Shown here piece by piece: positions 32,330 to 44,314 of a DNA stretch of 64,000 nucleotides. Origin of the DNA: Paraspadella gotoi (lineage: Eukaryota > Animalia > Chaetognatha); the NCBI GenBank assembly GCA_051294375.1, contig CM119271.1, positions 13,640,372 through 13,704,371 of the forward strand, given 5' to 3'. Position 1 is the stretch's first letter; each line of letters starts with the position of its first letter. A program made the position numbers and the translations under genes. The notes beneath the pieces are model-generated. The model worked only from the letters and a program-made list of their open reading frames with translations. It searched no databases and was not told the DNA's origin.

Positions 32330-33165
32330 GTAAGGCGACCACGTTACGATCTACTACATACGGAAATCGTTCCATCCTTACTTTACTTTACTTTCATCTA
32401 ATCCTTACCTTACCTTACCTCGTTTATTTTTCTGCGCATAACGTAATTACTTTTCTTGCTCTTACTTACTTTAATCCACTTTATTTTATTATACTTTACG
32501 AAACTCGACTTACTGTAAAAACCGTAATCCGATTTACTTTATTTGATCTTGATTTACTTTACTAACTTGAATTTACTTCAATTCAATTTACTTTACTTTG
32601 TCTTACTTTAACTTTACTTAACTTTATTCTACTTTATTTAACTATTTTTTTCATACTTCACTTCTATTCAGTTTAATCACATCGATCGGATATTTTTTTT
32701 CGTCCTCATTCTAATTCAAATCTCCCATCAGTTAAATTTCACAAAAGACTCACTTTAAGGGTTAATTCGCCGTCATTGTACAATGTAAATCACTCTTTCC
32801 CATCGAACCGCCGCCGCAACAGCCGCCGCTTCCCCCGCCGCTTCCGCCGCCGCAGTCGCAGCCGAATTTTCGAGGGAAAAAAAAGGGTTTTTTTCTCTCC
32901 CTTTTGTTTTTCTTTTCGTTTATCGAAATCGTAAATAGGAAAAACAACAACAGGAGGCGCGCATATGAAAGCGATTCGTCGTCGTTGTTGTTATTGTTGT
33001 TATTTGTTTTGTTTTGTGATAGGTTATTTAATTTTCTGGAAGTAGGTTGATTTTGTAAATTGGTTAAGAGCAAAATGGCTATCGTTTCGAGATATGATGA
33101 AACAGTTTCGAATTAATTGTCTTATCGTCATGATTGAAGCTTTTGCCTTTATTTCCAATTTTTAA

Positions 33166-33196
<31 letters not shown>

Positions 33197-33806
33197 CCCT
33201 TAGAAAAGTGCCAATCGTTATTAAGTTGGTATAATTTAAAAATTAGGATACATAGTTTCTTTCGACCGAGTCGATTCGGCTCGCGGGTTAGTTGACAATT
33301 TTCTATCATTCGTATTATATTTGCGAAGTTTCTTTAGACTTCATGCCTACGAGGTCGCAAGTTCGAGGCGTCTCCCATCCAAAAAAGAACGACAAGAGTT
33401 TCTGAAACTTTTAAAATTTTATTGTGATCCAAAAACCCGTAGAAACTAAGTTTCAGACGAGCAGACGCTTAGTAAAAGATTCGCTCAAGAGATTGAATGA
33501 CGATTCGTCAGAAATCAGACCAAAAATGAAGCTTTAAAAAGACGGCTTCAATCACTAAAAAAGGGACGTGGTCAATGGTCATTTGGTCAATGGTCAATGG
33601 TCAATGGTCATATGGTCAATGGTCATATGGTCAATGGTCATATGGTCAATGGTCATATGGTCAATGGTCAATTGTCATATTTGACCATAAAAAAGAAAGA
33701 AACGAGTGGCGATATTTCTACAATAGTATTTTATTCTATATCATTGTATACATATTTAATTATTAATTAATATTTAATATTTTCCCTCTCATCTTCCTCT
33801 CTACAG

Positions 33807-34040
33807 CCACGCCCACTTCCGACTCGGACACCCGCGCCGTCACTTCCTCCGCATCCGTCGACGCCCTCTTCGAGACGGCGGCGCCCTTCGACGACGGTCC
33901 CGCGCCGACCAAGCCGACGAGCAAGCAGACGAGCAAGCAGACGAGCAAGCCGACCCACAAGTCCGTCACCGTCAAGAGAACCAAGTCCATCAACGAGATT
34001 CAGTCCAGACCCATCATTCCGAGGCCCCACTCCATCACCA
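33807..34040 (+). CDS. rols: TANC/rolling-pebbles-like protein, N-terminal exon
   Basis: ctacag| ... |gtgagt, phase 1-1. Ends IIPRPHSIT, resembling TANC PMPRPNSVAAT; joins in frame to the 58913 exon. Confidence 0.7.
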
Positions 34041-35262
34041 GTGAGTACTCTGATGGGGTTGGTTAAACGGAATGTGGTGATGTTGTGGCGTAGGATTGAT
34101 GTTGAGACTTGATGTTGTTCGTGGTTGTTAGTTTTATTTAACGACTTCATCGGAAAATAAAAACACATTTTTTTCACAGAATTGTTTGTTTTTTGTCGGT
34201 AAAATGTCGGTAAATACCGTTGTTGTTTAACGTAATTACGTAATTCAAAACCTGCATTACCAATCTCATTTGCATATATCATTTTAAGTTTTGAAAAGGT
34301 TTGATTCTTTATTTTAGATTCTCACGTGAGAATAAAAAGTAAGCGGTTTTTTTGTTACAAAACCTAGCCGGATTCTTTTAACTAAAACTGCTCACCGTGA
34401 CGCCATTTCGGCGCATTTAAAAGCTCAAGCACACGCCGCGCAACTCGAAAAAGAGTAGAGAATTCTCTGGCTCCAACCGCCGTAACGGGGGACGAGGAGC
34501 TGAGGAACTTAATGGAGCGGAAATATGGGAAATCCTGAGAATCACTCCTTCGACAAAAAAAAAAAGAGAAAGACTGACAAAAGAGCAAATTAAAACGGGG
34601 ACTCGGGGATTAAAGGGGATAAAAGGAGATCGAGGGATTTAAAGGGGAATCGGGACGCTAATGACTTAGACCGAGCCAAATAGTTCGTACTCCCAGCCCA
34701 GCGAGATAGAGAGCGAGACGATCTTTTTAATAAAAAGTCTTTTGCTACGTCGAAGCCGTAGAGAATCGCGCGGAGCAATCTGTCAACGACAAAGCAGAAG
34801 ATTCGACTGGCGGGAAAATTGGAAACGAGGCTGAAGAGAAAAGCGAACAAAGGAACATCGCGAACGGTTGGGGTTTCTTTTTGCTTTGAGCGCGGGTAGA
34901 AATAATTAATTGTCTGTGTAGTTTCTTGATAGACCAAAGCCGGTTTTAAATTTCTTTTAGGCTTCTATCGCTTTACTTTAAAGCAAAAATTATGATAAAT
35001 ACATTTATCACGGGATGAGAACCACCGGTTAACCACAGTATAAAAAGCTAAATAAAATATTGTAACGAATGTATCCGTTTATTAAATAAATGAGCTCTCC
35101 GGCCCCCGACTTGGGACAGGCGAAGTTCTCAATATGTTTATAATAAATAAATAAAAAGGAATAATAAAAACCAAGCATGTATTAATTTAATCCATTTAGC
35201 ACCGAAAAAAGCCTTTAAAATTCGAACAAGAGAACAACCAATTTCAATCAAAAGAATCGAAA

Positions 35263-35680
35263 ATGTGGCGGGAAGACGTCGCCGGCCGCCAGCGCCGCCT
35301 TCCCGCCAAATCCTGTCCTTACCTTCGATCATCGCCGGCGTCTATTCGTTTTCGGCCGCTGACTTCCTGCGGCGTCGGCGGCGGCGGCAGCAGCCATGTC
35401 GATCTCAGCCGCAAATCATCGGTCTCTTCGTCGGGCAGCTTCGTCTCCGTCGATTCCAATCGATCCTTGACGCCGCTGACGACGACGCCGACCACGAAGA
35501 CGTCGCCGAAAGGCCCGTCGACGCCGCAGATGACGGACCGGCGTCGGTGGGCGTCGCCGATTACTCCGGTTTTGATCGAAAGGAGCGCCGGACGAGGGCG
35601 TTCCCGTCCTTTGTCGACGCCGAGTTGGACGGCGGTAGAGGCGAAGGATGAAGAGACGTTGAGATTGCCGCAGAGTCACG
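35263..35680 (+). CDS. Probable alternative first coding exon of the TANC/rols gene
   Basis: ATG-initiated, GC-rich, Ser/Thr/Pro-rich 139 codons ending in a phase-1 donor G|gtgagt compatible with the 58913 acceptor; no good upstream acceptor. Confidence 0.55.
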
Positions 35681-35919
35681 GTGAGTGACACATTCTCCGC
35701 GTAACGGTTAGTGTCACAATTGAATTCTGTGTAAGGGTCTCACTGCGAGGTGACAAAGGCCGCGACTGGTAGTGACAAAGTGACTGGTAGTGACAAAGAC
35801 CACGACTGGTAGTGGCACCTCACGCGTCAGAGTTTTAAAAGTAAAGTGACATGATCATAGATCAATGTCAACCTTTGAACGTAAATATAACAAACATTTA
35901 AGATAAGAATAGACAATAA

Positions 35920-36525
35920 GGCGTAGTGAAAGTTACATACGAAAATTCTAAAAGTCAATTATGAACAACATACCATCAGTGAACATTAATTTGTAAAAAA
36001 AATTAATTTTATGTTTTTTAATTTTCGCAGTAGGCTATATTTATATATAGTACTATCCTTATAAAATCGAAAAATTTCAAAATAAGCTTTTCTTAATTTT
36101 GATTGCAGATTTGAATTCCCCATCAAAAGTTGATAAAAGAAAATATAAATCATTTTTAAAAATTCTGACATTAAGTGGGTTAAAAATGAAAAAAACTATA
36201 TTTAATATATAAAAAGTTAATTTTCAGCTTAAAATATAGCTTTTTCTAATTTTTAACCCATTTAATAAAGGAATTTTTCAAAAAGAGTTATATTTCTTTT
36301 TATCAACTTTTTATGACAAATCCAAATCTGCAAAAAAATCTTTAAAAAAACTGTTTTGAAATTTTAACATTTATTGGTTTAGTACTAGTATAAATATGGC
36401 CTCCTGCGTAAATTGTAAAATTTATTATAAATTTTTTTATTACATAAATGTTCATTAGTATAATGTTGTTCGTTCCTCACTTTTAGAATTTTAATTAAAG
36501 TTGAATTTAGGAATTTTACTACGCC
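35920..36525. mobile_element. Non-autonomous DNA transposon/MITE, Kolobok-like termini
   Basis: ATAA-GGCGTAGTGAA ... TTTACTACGCC-TTAA: TIRs with GG..CC ends and a TTAA-like target. Second copy at 1821-2477; fragments at ~20000-20700 and ~21200-22180. Confidence 0.75.
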
Positions 36526-37725
36526 TTAATAGACAATCAGTCTTTTCAGGTCGAAAGTAATTTTATGTTTTAGCAGTTGAAATTTTCAAGAAATATCCAT
36601 GCATTTTTGTATGAATTTAACATTTTAAGCTCGAATGTATTTATGATTATGTGCAATAATGATATTGAAATAAATCATGTTTATTTGAACTCGGGGGGGG
36701 GGGAACTATTTGGTTTTCTTTTCCAAAACTCGATAATTCGTTTCCTCTTTTTCTGTTTCGTCGTAAAGTTTCTCATTATTTTTTTGTTTGGCGAAATAGA
36801 TTGAAATATTTTTTTTTCTCCCTCTTCGTTTCCCACTCACTGTTTCTCCCTCTCTCTCTCTCTATCTCCGGATTTTCAGTGTTTGCCAAATACTCTCTAC
36901 GGTTGACTTCGTTCAAAGCGAAAGAAGGAGGAATTTTTGAATCGTCGTCTTCGTCGTCGTTGTCGTCGTCTTTGACGCAGTGGCTCTTCTCCTGGTGGCC
37001 GATGGCGGCGCTGTTATTCTGGTGGATCCTCGACGCGCCGGACTCCGGCGTCGTTTCGTGGCGTCCCGGCGTCGTTATCGCCGTTTTGGCGGCGACGCGA
37101 AAGTGGATGGCCTCGCCGGAGATTTTTCGAGGTGGGCGTGGCGACGATTAACGCAGAAACGACAGTTCCGACGACGAAGATTCTTACAGAATCGGCAGTT
37201 ACCGAAGACATTTTTCGCGTTTGTAATTTTCTATTTACGGCGAAAACAAACAAAAAATTAATGTAAAACTTTCGCGGCGTTTGATAATTAAGACCGAATA
37301 GAGGTATATATTACAAGCCGACAAAATTCTCATCAAAAATGCAACTAAATTGCTATCCATATAAAATTCTGGGAGGTAACGGCGTGTTCGCTACTTAACT
37401 GGTGGTCACTTGACCATCCCACTCATATACGGCCGCGTGCGATCTCTACATTTTGAATGAAACTATAGACTCGATTTTTACTATGACCATAAGAATTGCA
37501 AAGTTAACTCCAGCTGATGACGTTTCACTTTACAAACTGTTAGCCAATTGTATAAAACCCATCCGAACGTAAAAGCCAATTTTGATATTTGAAATGAAAA
37601 TTTTAAAATCTGACTACCAAATTTTAAAGAGAGCATCTTTTTCTCTTAGTAATTGACCAACTTTTTGATATTGGGAACAAATCTTACGTCGGAAAACGAT
37701 TAAATTATGGTGGACTAAAATACAT

Positions 37726-37875
37726 CAACCGTTCATCAGCGGCCATTGGTGTTTGCGTCCCAACCCAAAAGTCCGGGGTTTCAGCCCAGTTAAGAGTGGC
37801 GGGGCTCTTCATCCGCCTGTAACACGGTGTTATAGCTTGATCCGTAGCTCAGGGACTGATTATATTGAACTGTTG
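37726..37875 (+). mobile_element. tRNA-derived SINE-like element, internally deleted copy
   Basis: Aligns by eye with 45447-45625. Confidence 0.7.
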
Positions 37876-38176
37876 TCACTATAGTTAGTACTAACAATCA
37901 TTAATGTTTTTAAAACAAATTAGTAATTTTACATCGACCGGTATAAGAATTTAAAAACATTAATCTCGTCGGGTATTCATTTATATCATGTCAGAACATC
38001 AAATTATGCAAAAAAGATGTCTATTTAATTAACTCAAATTATTTAACTACCGATAATGATTGTGGGCAGATCCAACACTTTTTGCTCAAACTTGTTTTAT
38101 GCTTCAGTTGTGGGTAAGTTTAGTCTTAAAGGTTTACAAGGAAATTTGAATTGTTACGATTTTATTATTAATAAGT

Positions 38177-38221
38177 TGCAGACATGTTTCGACTCAGAGA
38201 TTTTCGAGTCTTCATCAGCGC
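38177..38221 (-). ncRNA. Minimal type I hammerhead ribozyme (probable solo Penelope pLTR)
   Basis: Minus strand reads GCG-CTGATGA-A-GACTC-gaaaatctct-GAGTC-GAAA-CATGTC-TGC: canonical core, palindromic ACATGT stem III, GUC cleavage site, short stem I. Confidence 0.8.
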
Positions 38222-38996
38222 TTTTGACAGTTGTGAATAATGGAACAATTTGTGAGTTAAAGAAAGAGAGAGAGACAGAAGAGGTTAAAGTTTCCAACAA
38301 ATAATTGAGATTAGTGGTCAGTTCAGAGGACAGATTTAGTTTAGGCTAGATAGAATAAGTGGTGAAAAGAAATGAAATTTGGTGAAGGTGAGAGAGAGAG
38401 AGAAATAAATAAGTAATTACATTTGAGCAATGTACAACAAAGATAAAATTAAACAAACTTGATTTGTGTCTAATAACAAAATTGCAATAAATTAATTTTG
38501 AAGTTTGAAAAATTGAAATGAATGAAATTTGAAATATAAGAGTTTAATTCAGAGGGATAGATAAGTAAAGACTTTAGTGAAATATAAGATGTACTAAAGA
38601 GCTCAAAATGAGCAAGCCCCCCCAGGTCTTATGAATGAAAGGCATGGCTGATGGTGCCGGGTCATTGGCGCGTCATAGGCTGAGAGGACAGTGGGGTTGA
38701 TCTCAAGTTTGCTGGCTCGGGCAGCGATCCCTGAGGAAAGAGACCCAGAGCTACCCTAATGTCCCTCTGGCCTGATATGCCTGCCGAAGGTTAAAATACA
38801 AATTGTTTAACATTATCGAAAATCCAAGGGAAAAATAACGGAAGTTTAAAAATTTGTTTATACTTCTCGAAAAGTCATATCACAAGTTCACAAACACGAA
38901 TCAACTTAAAAAACACGATTTCGGAAATACTGGAAGAAAAAACTAAGATTTAACTTTAATTTAACTTAACAATTCTTGATCTTGAATTCGGCTGTC

Positions 38997-39496
38997 TTAG
39001 TCTCTGCAAACGTAGAACGGTTGAGTGTAGCTACCCCTATAAAAAAAGTGGGACAACACAGCTATCGTTTAAATGGTATTGAATGAGCATTAAAGTAGCG
39101 AGATGCATACAAGAACCAAATTCATAATCAGTTTTATTTTTTCTCTTACTCGTTGACGCATTCCCTAAGAGTTCCAGTATAAGGATCTCCCCCGCGGCAG
39201 CATTTGGCAGCATCGGCCTCGCAGCCAGACGCTCCAAGCGGGATGCAAGAAGAGCGCTTGAAGACGCGCCCGAACCGATAACCGTGATGACCTATATGTC
39301 GCCTGCTTGCTTGCGTCTCTGAAGTCTATGATAAAATAGAAATTGATGTTAATTAAATTGCAAAAATGAATTAAACTTTATTACAGAAGGTAAGTGGTCG
39401 ATAAAAACTTACGAGGTAACAGATAATTCCGAGGACGAGGAAGACTCCGAGAAGGGAAAACCGGAGTCTCGTCTTGGAGAAAGCGGTGAGACCCAT
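38997..39496 (-). CDS. Secreted cystine-knot (ICK/knottin, framework C-C-CC-C-C) prepropeptide, 99 aa, 3 exons
   Basis: Exons 39496-39413, 39325-39150 and 39036-38997, all GT-AG and in frame: MGLTAFSKTRLRFSLLGVFLVLGIICYL|TSETQASRRHIGHHGYRFGRVFKRSSCIPLGASGCEADAAKCCRGGDPYTGTLRECVN(E)|GSYTQPFYVCRD*. Confidence 0.85.
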
Positions 39497-40224
39497 GGCT
39501 GTTTGAGCGTAAATCTGCGAAAAATTTGAATTAGAGACTAAAGTATGAAAAAAATGATTAATGACAAATATAAGCAAATATTAAAAGCAAATATAGAAGA
39601 AAAAAAAGGCGCTTCGAATGCCAAATCACAATTACTTATCATAAAGTGATTTTAAAAATTGGGTTTGGACGAGGAAGAGCGAGAGAAAGAGTCGAAATGG
39701 CAAAAGCCGATTGGCTGAGTGAGTGTCTTTTCGCGAATTCGACTGACCAATCACATTTCTCTAAATGGAGTCAGTCAGGTGTTTTGCAAAACAGATATAG
39801 ATAGTGTTATCTATGGTTCGTTATTAAGGTTTTTATGTTCTTCTTGAAAGTATTTACTTTTTAATTGTACTGTTATTTATGAGAAAGTAATAAATGTTTT
39901 CTTCCTCTTTATCACTGATAGTGATATAACTTTTATTTTATTTTCTAACGTTACAAAGGAATTTAAGTTAATGATTCACCATTTAAAACGAACTTTAAAA
40001 TTTTATTTTAATATTATATAGTATTATAATATGAAAGTTGCCAAATTACTTGTTTCACTATCTTTATTTATTTTTTTAAGATTTAAAAATAACTATAATT
40101 TATGATTTTATTTATTATAGTATTATATTTTATATAGTATTATATATGTTGCCTCAGACGAAAAAAGTGCGTTTTTAGCTATAGTACCCGAAGCATAGAG
40201 TATGGAATCTCTGGGGACGCTATT

Positions 40225-40282
<58 letters not shown>

Positions 40283-42689
40283 CCCGGCATCGATCCCCAA
40301 TACGCCCTCCATTCACTGGCCAGTGGCAACGGTCGAAACGTGTCGTTAAAAATGTAAAAGTTTTCTCGTGTTCTCTCCGGAGATTTCTTGCGGTCTGGTC
40401 TCGCACTCTGTACTCCACTCTCTCCCTCTCTATCTAATTCTCTCCCTCTCCCTCTCCATCTCGCTGGACAGAAATAGATTAATGGGAATCAAATCACTTA
40501 GAATCGAATAAATGAGATCCATTTTGACCGGAAGCGTAATAAAAAAAAAAAAAAAGAAAGAAAGAAACTCGTGGGATTTTTTTTCTCTCTTTTAGAGACG
40601 CCACCGGGTCTTCTTTAAGGGGTTGTCGTCGTTGTCGTCGTCGTTGTTGTCGTGGTTAAAGTACACCGCTGGCCATCCGAGACTCTCCCCCGCCCCCCTT
40701 CGGAATCTCTCCCCCTCTCCCTCCCCCCCAACCCCTAGAAAAAGAAAAAAATGTTTAAAGCGACGGAAATAGAATCGAGTTGTTTTGTTTGTGGGTCGCG
40801 AATTTGGATTAGAATTAGCATCTGGATTTTGTATTTAGATTATAATTTTCTAAATATTGATTAGGGTTTAGTTTCGATTTACATTTCTATTCTAATTTCG
40901 ATTTAAAATCGGATTAGAATTCGAATTTTGTAAATTTCTAGTCGCCTACAACTATGGATGTGAATTCAGATTTATAGGACTAAGCTCTGACGAAAAAAGT
41001 CAGAGGTTTTTTTAATATATTCTTTGACCGGCCAATGTAGATTGATGGCAATATTGCTATTGTTAAGTTTCAAAAAAATCCGACCATAAATATAGAAAAT
41101 ATTAACCAAAATCTTCGGAAAATCCACCCCTTCTTTGGAAGATTTTCGCCATATAAGATTTTTTCCGAATCTGACTCCCGGTTGAAAACTCTTAGAATTC
41201 CGATCGTAAGCTCCTCTTTTACTTTTACTTTAAATAAAAATTTCACCAAAATGGACTAATTCACTTTACCATGATCGTATCATGTTAAAATAACCAAATA
41301 AAATGTGAAGAAAAATTTTGAGAGCCCTTCAGACATATTGCTATCGGATTCCTGAATTTGAAGTTTATTGTAAAATGACAACATACCTTAAATGCGTTGA
41401 CATTGTATTGAAGTTGAGAAATCCCTTTATTTTATATATAAAAATTGCGTCAAAAATATTTTCCCGAGCTGACCAGTCTATTTGAATCTGATGGTTTGAT
41501 GTCAAAATGATGGTTAATTGTCAAAAGAAAAAAAATGCGAGCCCTTGAGATGTAACAGGATCGGAATCGAGTGTTTTTACATCTGATTTTTACCTGAATT
41601 TTTCCCAGGGGCGTTGACATTATTTGGTAGTCAGATTTTAATGAAAATCTCCATTGAAAAAGTCTTCCTCGATTTCTAAGAACGACGTAGACTCCTAAGA
41701 TTTATGTATAATTCATTTTTGGGTTCGATTTTAGATTTCTTTCCGTAATCTGGATTCGGCAATGCAATGGGGACACGCCGTTTGCCGATTGCAAGTGCCT
41801 TTTTTGGAGGACGAAATTTTTTTTTAAAAAAAGATCATTTCCATTTTATATACATACATACTAGTAAAAAAAGGGAAAGGATTAGTCATTACATAGAATT
41901 TATTCCACTAATTTGAATTTTTGAGTTTTAAATTTAAGTTTTGGATTCTTCGCGGAACTGATGTGTTTCTGTTGCTATTTTAAAATTACTATAATATAAT
42001 AATATATATTACTATGTATAATAGGACCCAAAAAATTTGACTCGTCAACTTTCACGCTTCGTTATCACAACCTCACAAATTTCCCATTTCGAGATTCGAA
42101 AGATCACAGCGGTTGAGGTGATCCATGATCACAATTACATCATTGAGTGACTCTCTCTCTCTCTCTCCATCATCGTTCGATCATCACTGAGATATAATTC
42201 TTTGCCAATGACTCGCGAATCATTCAATATAATATATACTATAATAAAATATAATATAATATAATATATAATATATAATTCTTTGCCAATGACTCGCAAA
42301 TCATTCACACTCGGAGATCGTCGGTCATATCACAAAAGTTCTCACCCTCATGTTTTTTTTTAAGGTGCCCGTTGATTTTGAGGTTTTTTTTTTTTTTTTT
42401 TTTTCTTTTAGCTTGATACTGTTTTGTCTTGTTCAGCAACACGATTGTTTGGATTGAACGATCCAAAGTACATACCTCGACCGACCGACCAAAAAAAAAA
42501 CCTTCTTTTCCACGATGCGTCGACGCATCGAGAAAAACCGAAGCCAAGATCGACGAAAACTGTTGTTACGAGCGGCGGCGGCGGCGGCGTCGCCGGTTAC
42601 ATACGGACGTCGGCGGCGTCGACATCCGGGGCCGCGAATAATGGCAGCAATAAGTGAAGATGGGGTCAATAAAAATTTGCGGAGCCGAA

Positions 42690-42727
<38 letters not shown>

Positions 42728-43466
42728 TGATGATGATGAAGAAAATGACGACGACGATGAAAATGATGATGAAGAGGATCATGATCGTGACAACGATGAA
42801 GCGGACGACAACAAAAAGAACGACGACGACGACGAAAAAGACGACAGCGACGACGATGACGAAAAAGGAGATGACGCTGACGACGATAGCGACGACGAAA
42901 CGGCAAAAAAATGAAAATGAAGACGAAAATGACGATGACGACGACGAAAACGACGATAGCGACGACTCCTCTGGTTCACGTATCGCGATTATCGCCTCTC
43001 AAGTCGAGAGCCTCACTTTCGCGCCATCACAGGTTTATGGGGTTAAGACGGCGAATGCGGGGAACACAATGGGGATTGACGGGGATTGGTGGAAGTGGGG
43101 ATTGGCGGGGATGGGTGGAAGAGGGAGGAAGTGGGGGGGAGAGAGGAGAGAGAGAGAGAGAGACACGCCCTGATACAAAAGGCAGTTCTGATGCGCAACA
43201 GTCAAATGGGAATTCGGTAAACGGCGAATTCTGGCGGCGAAAGACAAAAAATATGTAACGAAGAGACGCAGAGACGTATCGTTCGGAAAATATAGAAGCA
43301 TCGTCGATGGAACGAATGACTTAGATGGTATTAAAATTCCTATTTGTTGCTCATAATTTCATTGAAAATTTCATTGATTAAGAAATATTGGATTAATTTT
43401 CCCTTTTAAAATCGAATTTTGTCGTGTGATTTTGAAAATATTTTTAGGCTTTAGTTTCAAAAAGAG

Positions 43467-43519
<53 letters not shown>

Positions 43520-44171
43520 TCGTAAATAATAATTTTATCGATTTTTGTTTTCCAATCGAATCGATAATATTTGTATCTATTTTCTGGACAAAAGAATTAT
43601 TTTGGTTTTTTTTACTCTCTCTTGTTTTCTGTTTTGCGTTTTGAAAAATCGTGACAAATTAATTTCTGGCGCAGAAGCTTTAAAAAAGAATAATACGGGT
43701 TTAGACCACCGACTGTCGAATCACCGATTTCCGGGATTTTATCACCGTTTCGGACGAAATTTACTGAAGAATGGACGATTGTTAATTTGTTTTGAATGTT
43801 TATAACATTAGTTATTTCCGAAAAAAAAAGCAAAACCAACAAGCTCTTGAAACCCCAAAGCAAGCAAAAAACAAAAAAAAACCAAGGAAAACCCAAAATA
43901 AAACATACAAAACNNNNNNNNNNNNNNNNNNNNNNNNNNNNNNNNNNNNNNNNNNNNNNNNNNNNNNNNNNNNNNNNNNNNNNNNNNNNNNNNNNNNNNN
44001 NNNNNNNNNNNNNNNNNNNNNNNNNNNNNNNNNNNNNNNNNNNNNNNNNNNNNNNNNNNNNNNNNNNNNNNNNNNNNNNNNNNNNNNNNNNNNNNNNNNN
44101 ATACAAACCAAGCAACAAAAAATCTGATTTAAAAAAAAAATTAAAAAACCGGACGTAAAATCGTGAAAAAA

Positions 44172-44252
44172 ATGTTTGGCGCGTTTTTTTCGCCTTTGAT
44201 TATTCTAGCGATAATTTTGTCGTCAAGCGGAACTGAAATCGCTGGCGGCGGC

Positions 44253-44314
<62 letters not shown>

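Noticed and set aside
39037-39290. GMC-oxidoreductase-like Rossmann motif (VITVIGSGASS..ASRL..ILILE) in ORF 39037-39237
   Set aside because: It is an alternative frame of the knottin exon. The knottin frame gives a complete spliced gene, and no further GMC exons are visible.
42424-43258. Asp-rich ORFs
   Set aside because: (GAC/GAT)n expansion with frame breaks; no splice or homology support.
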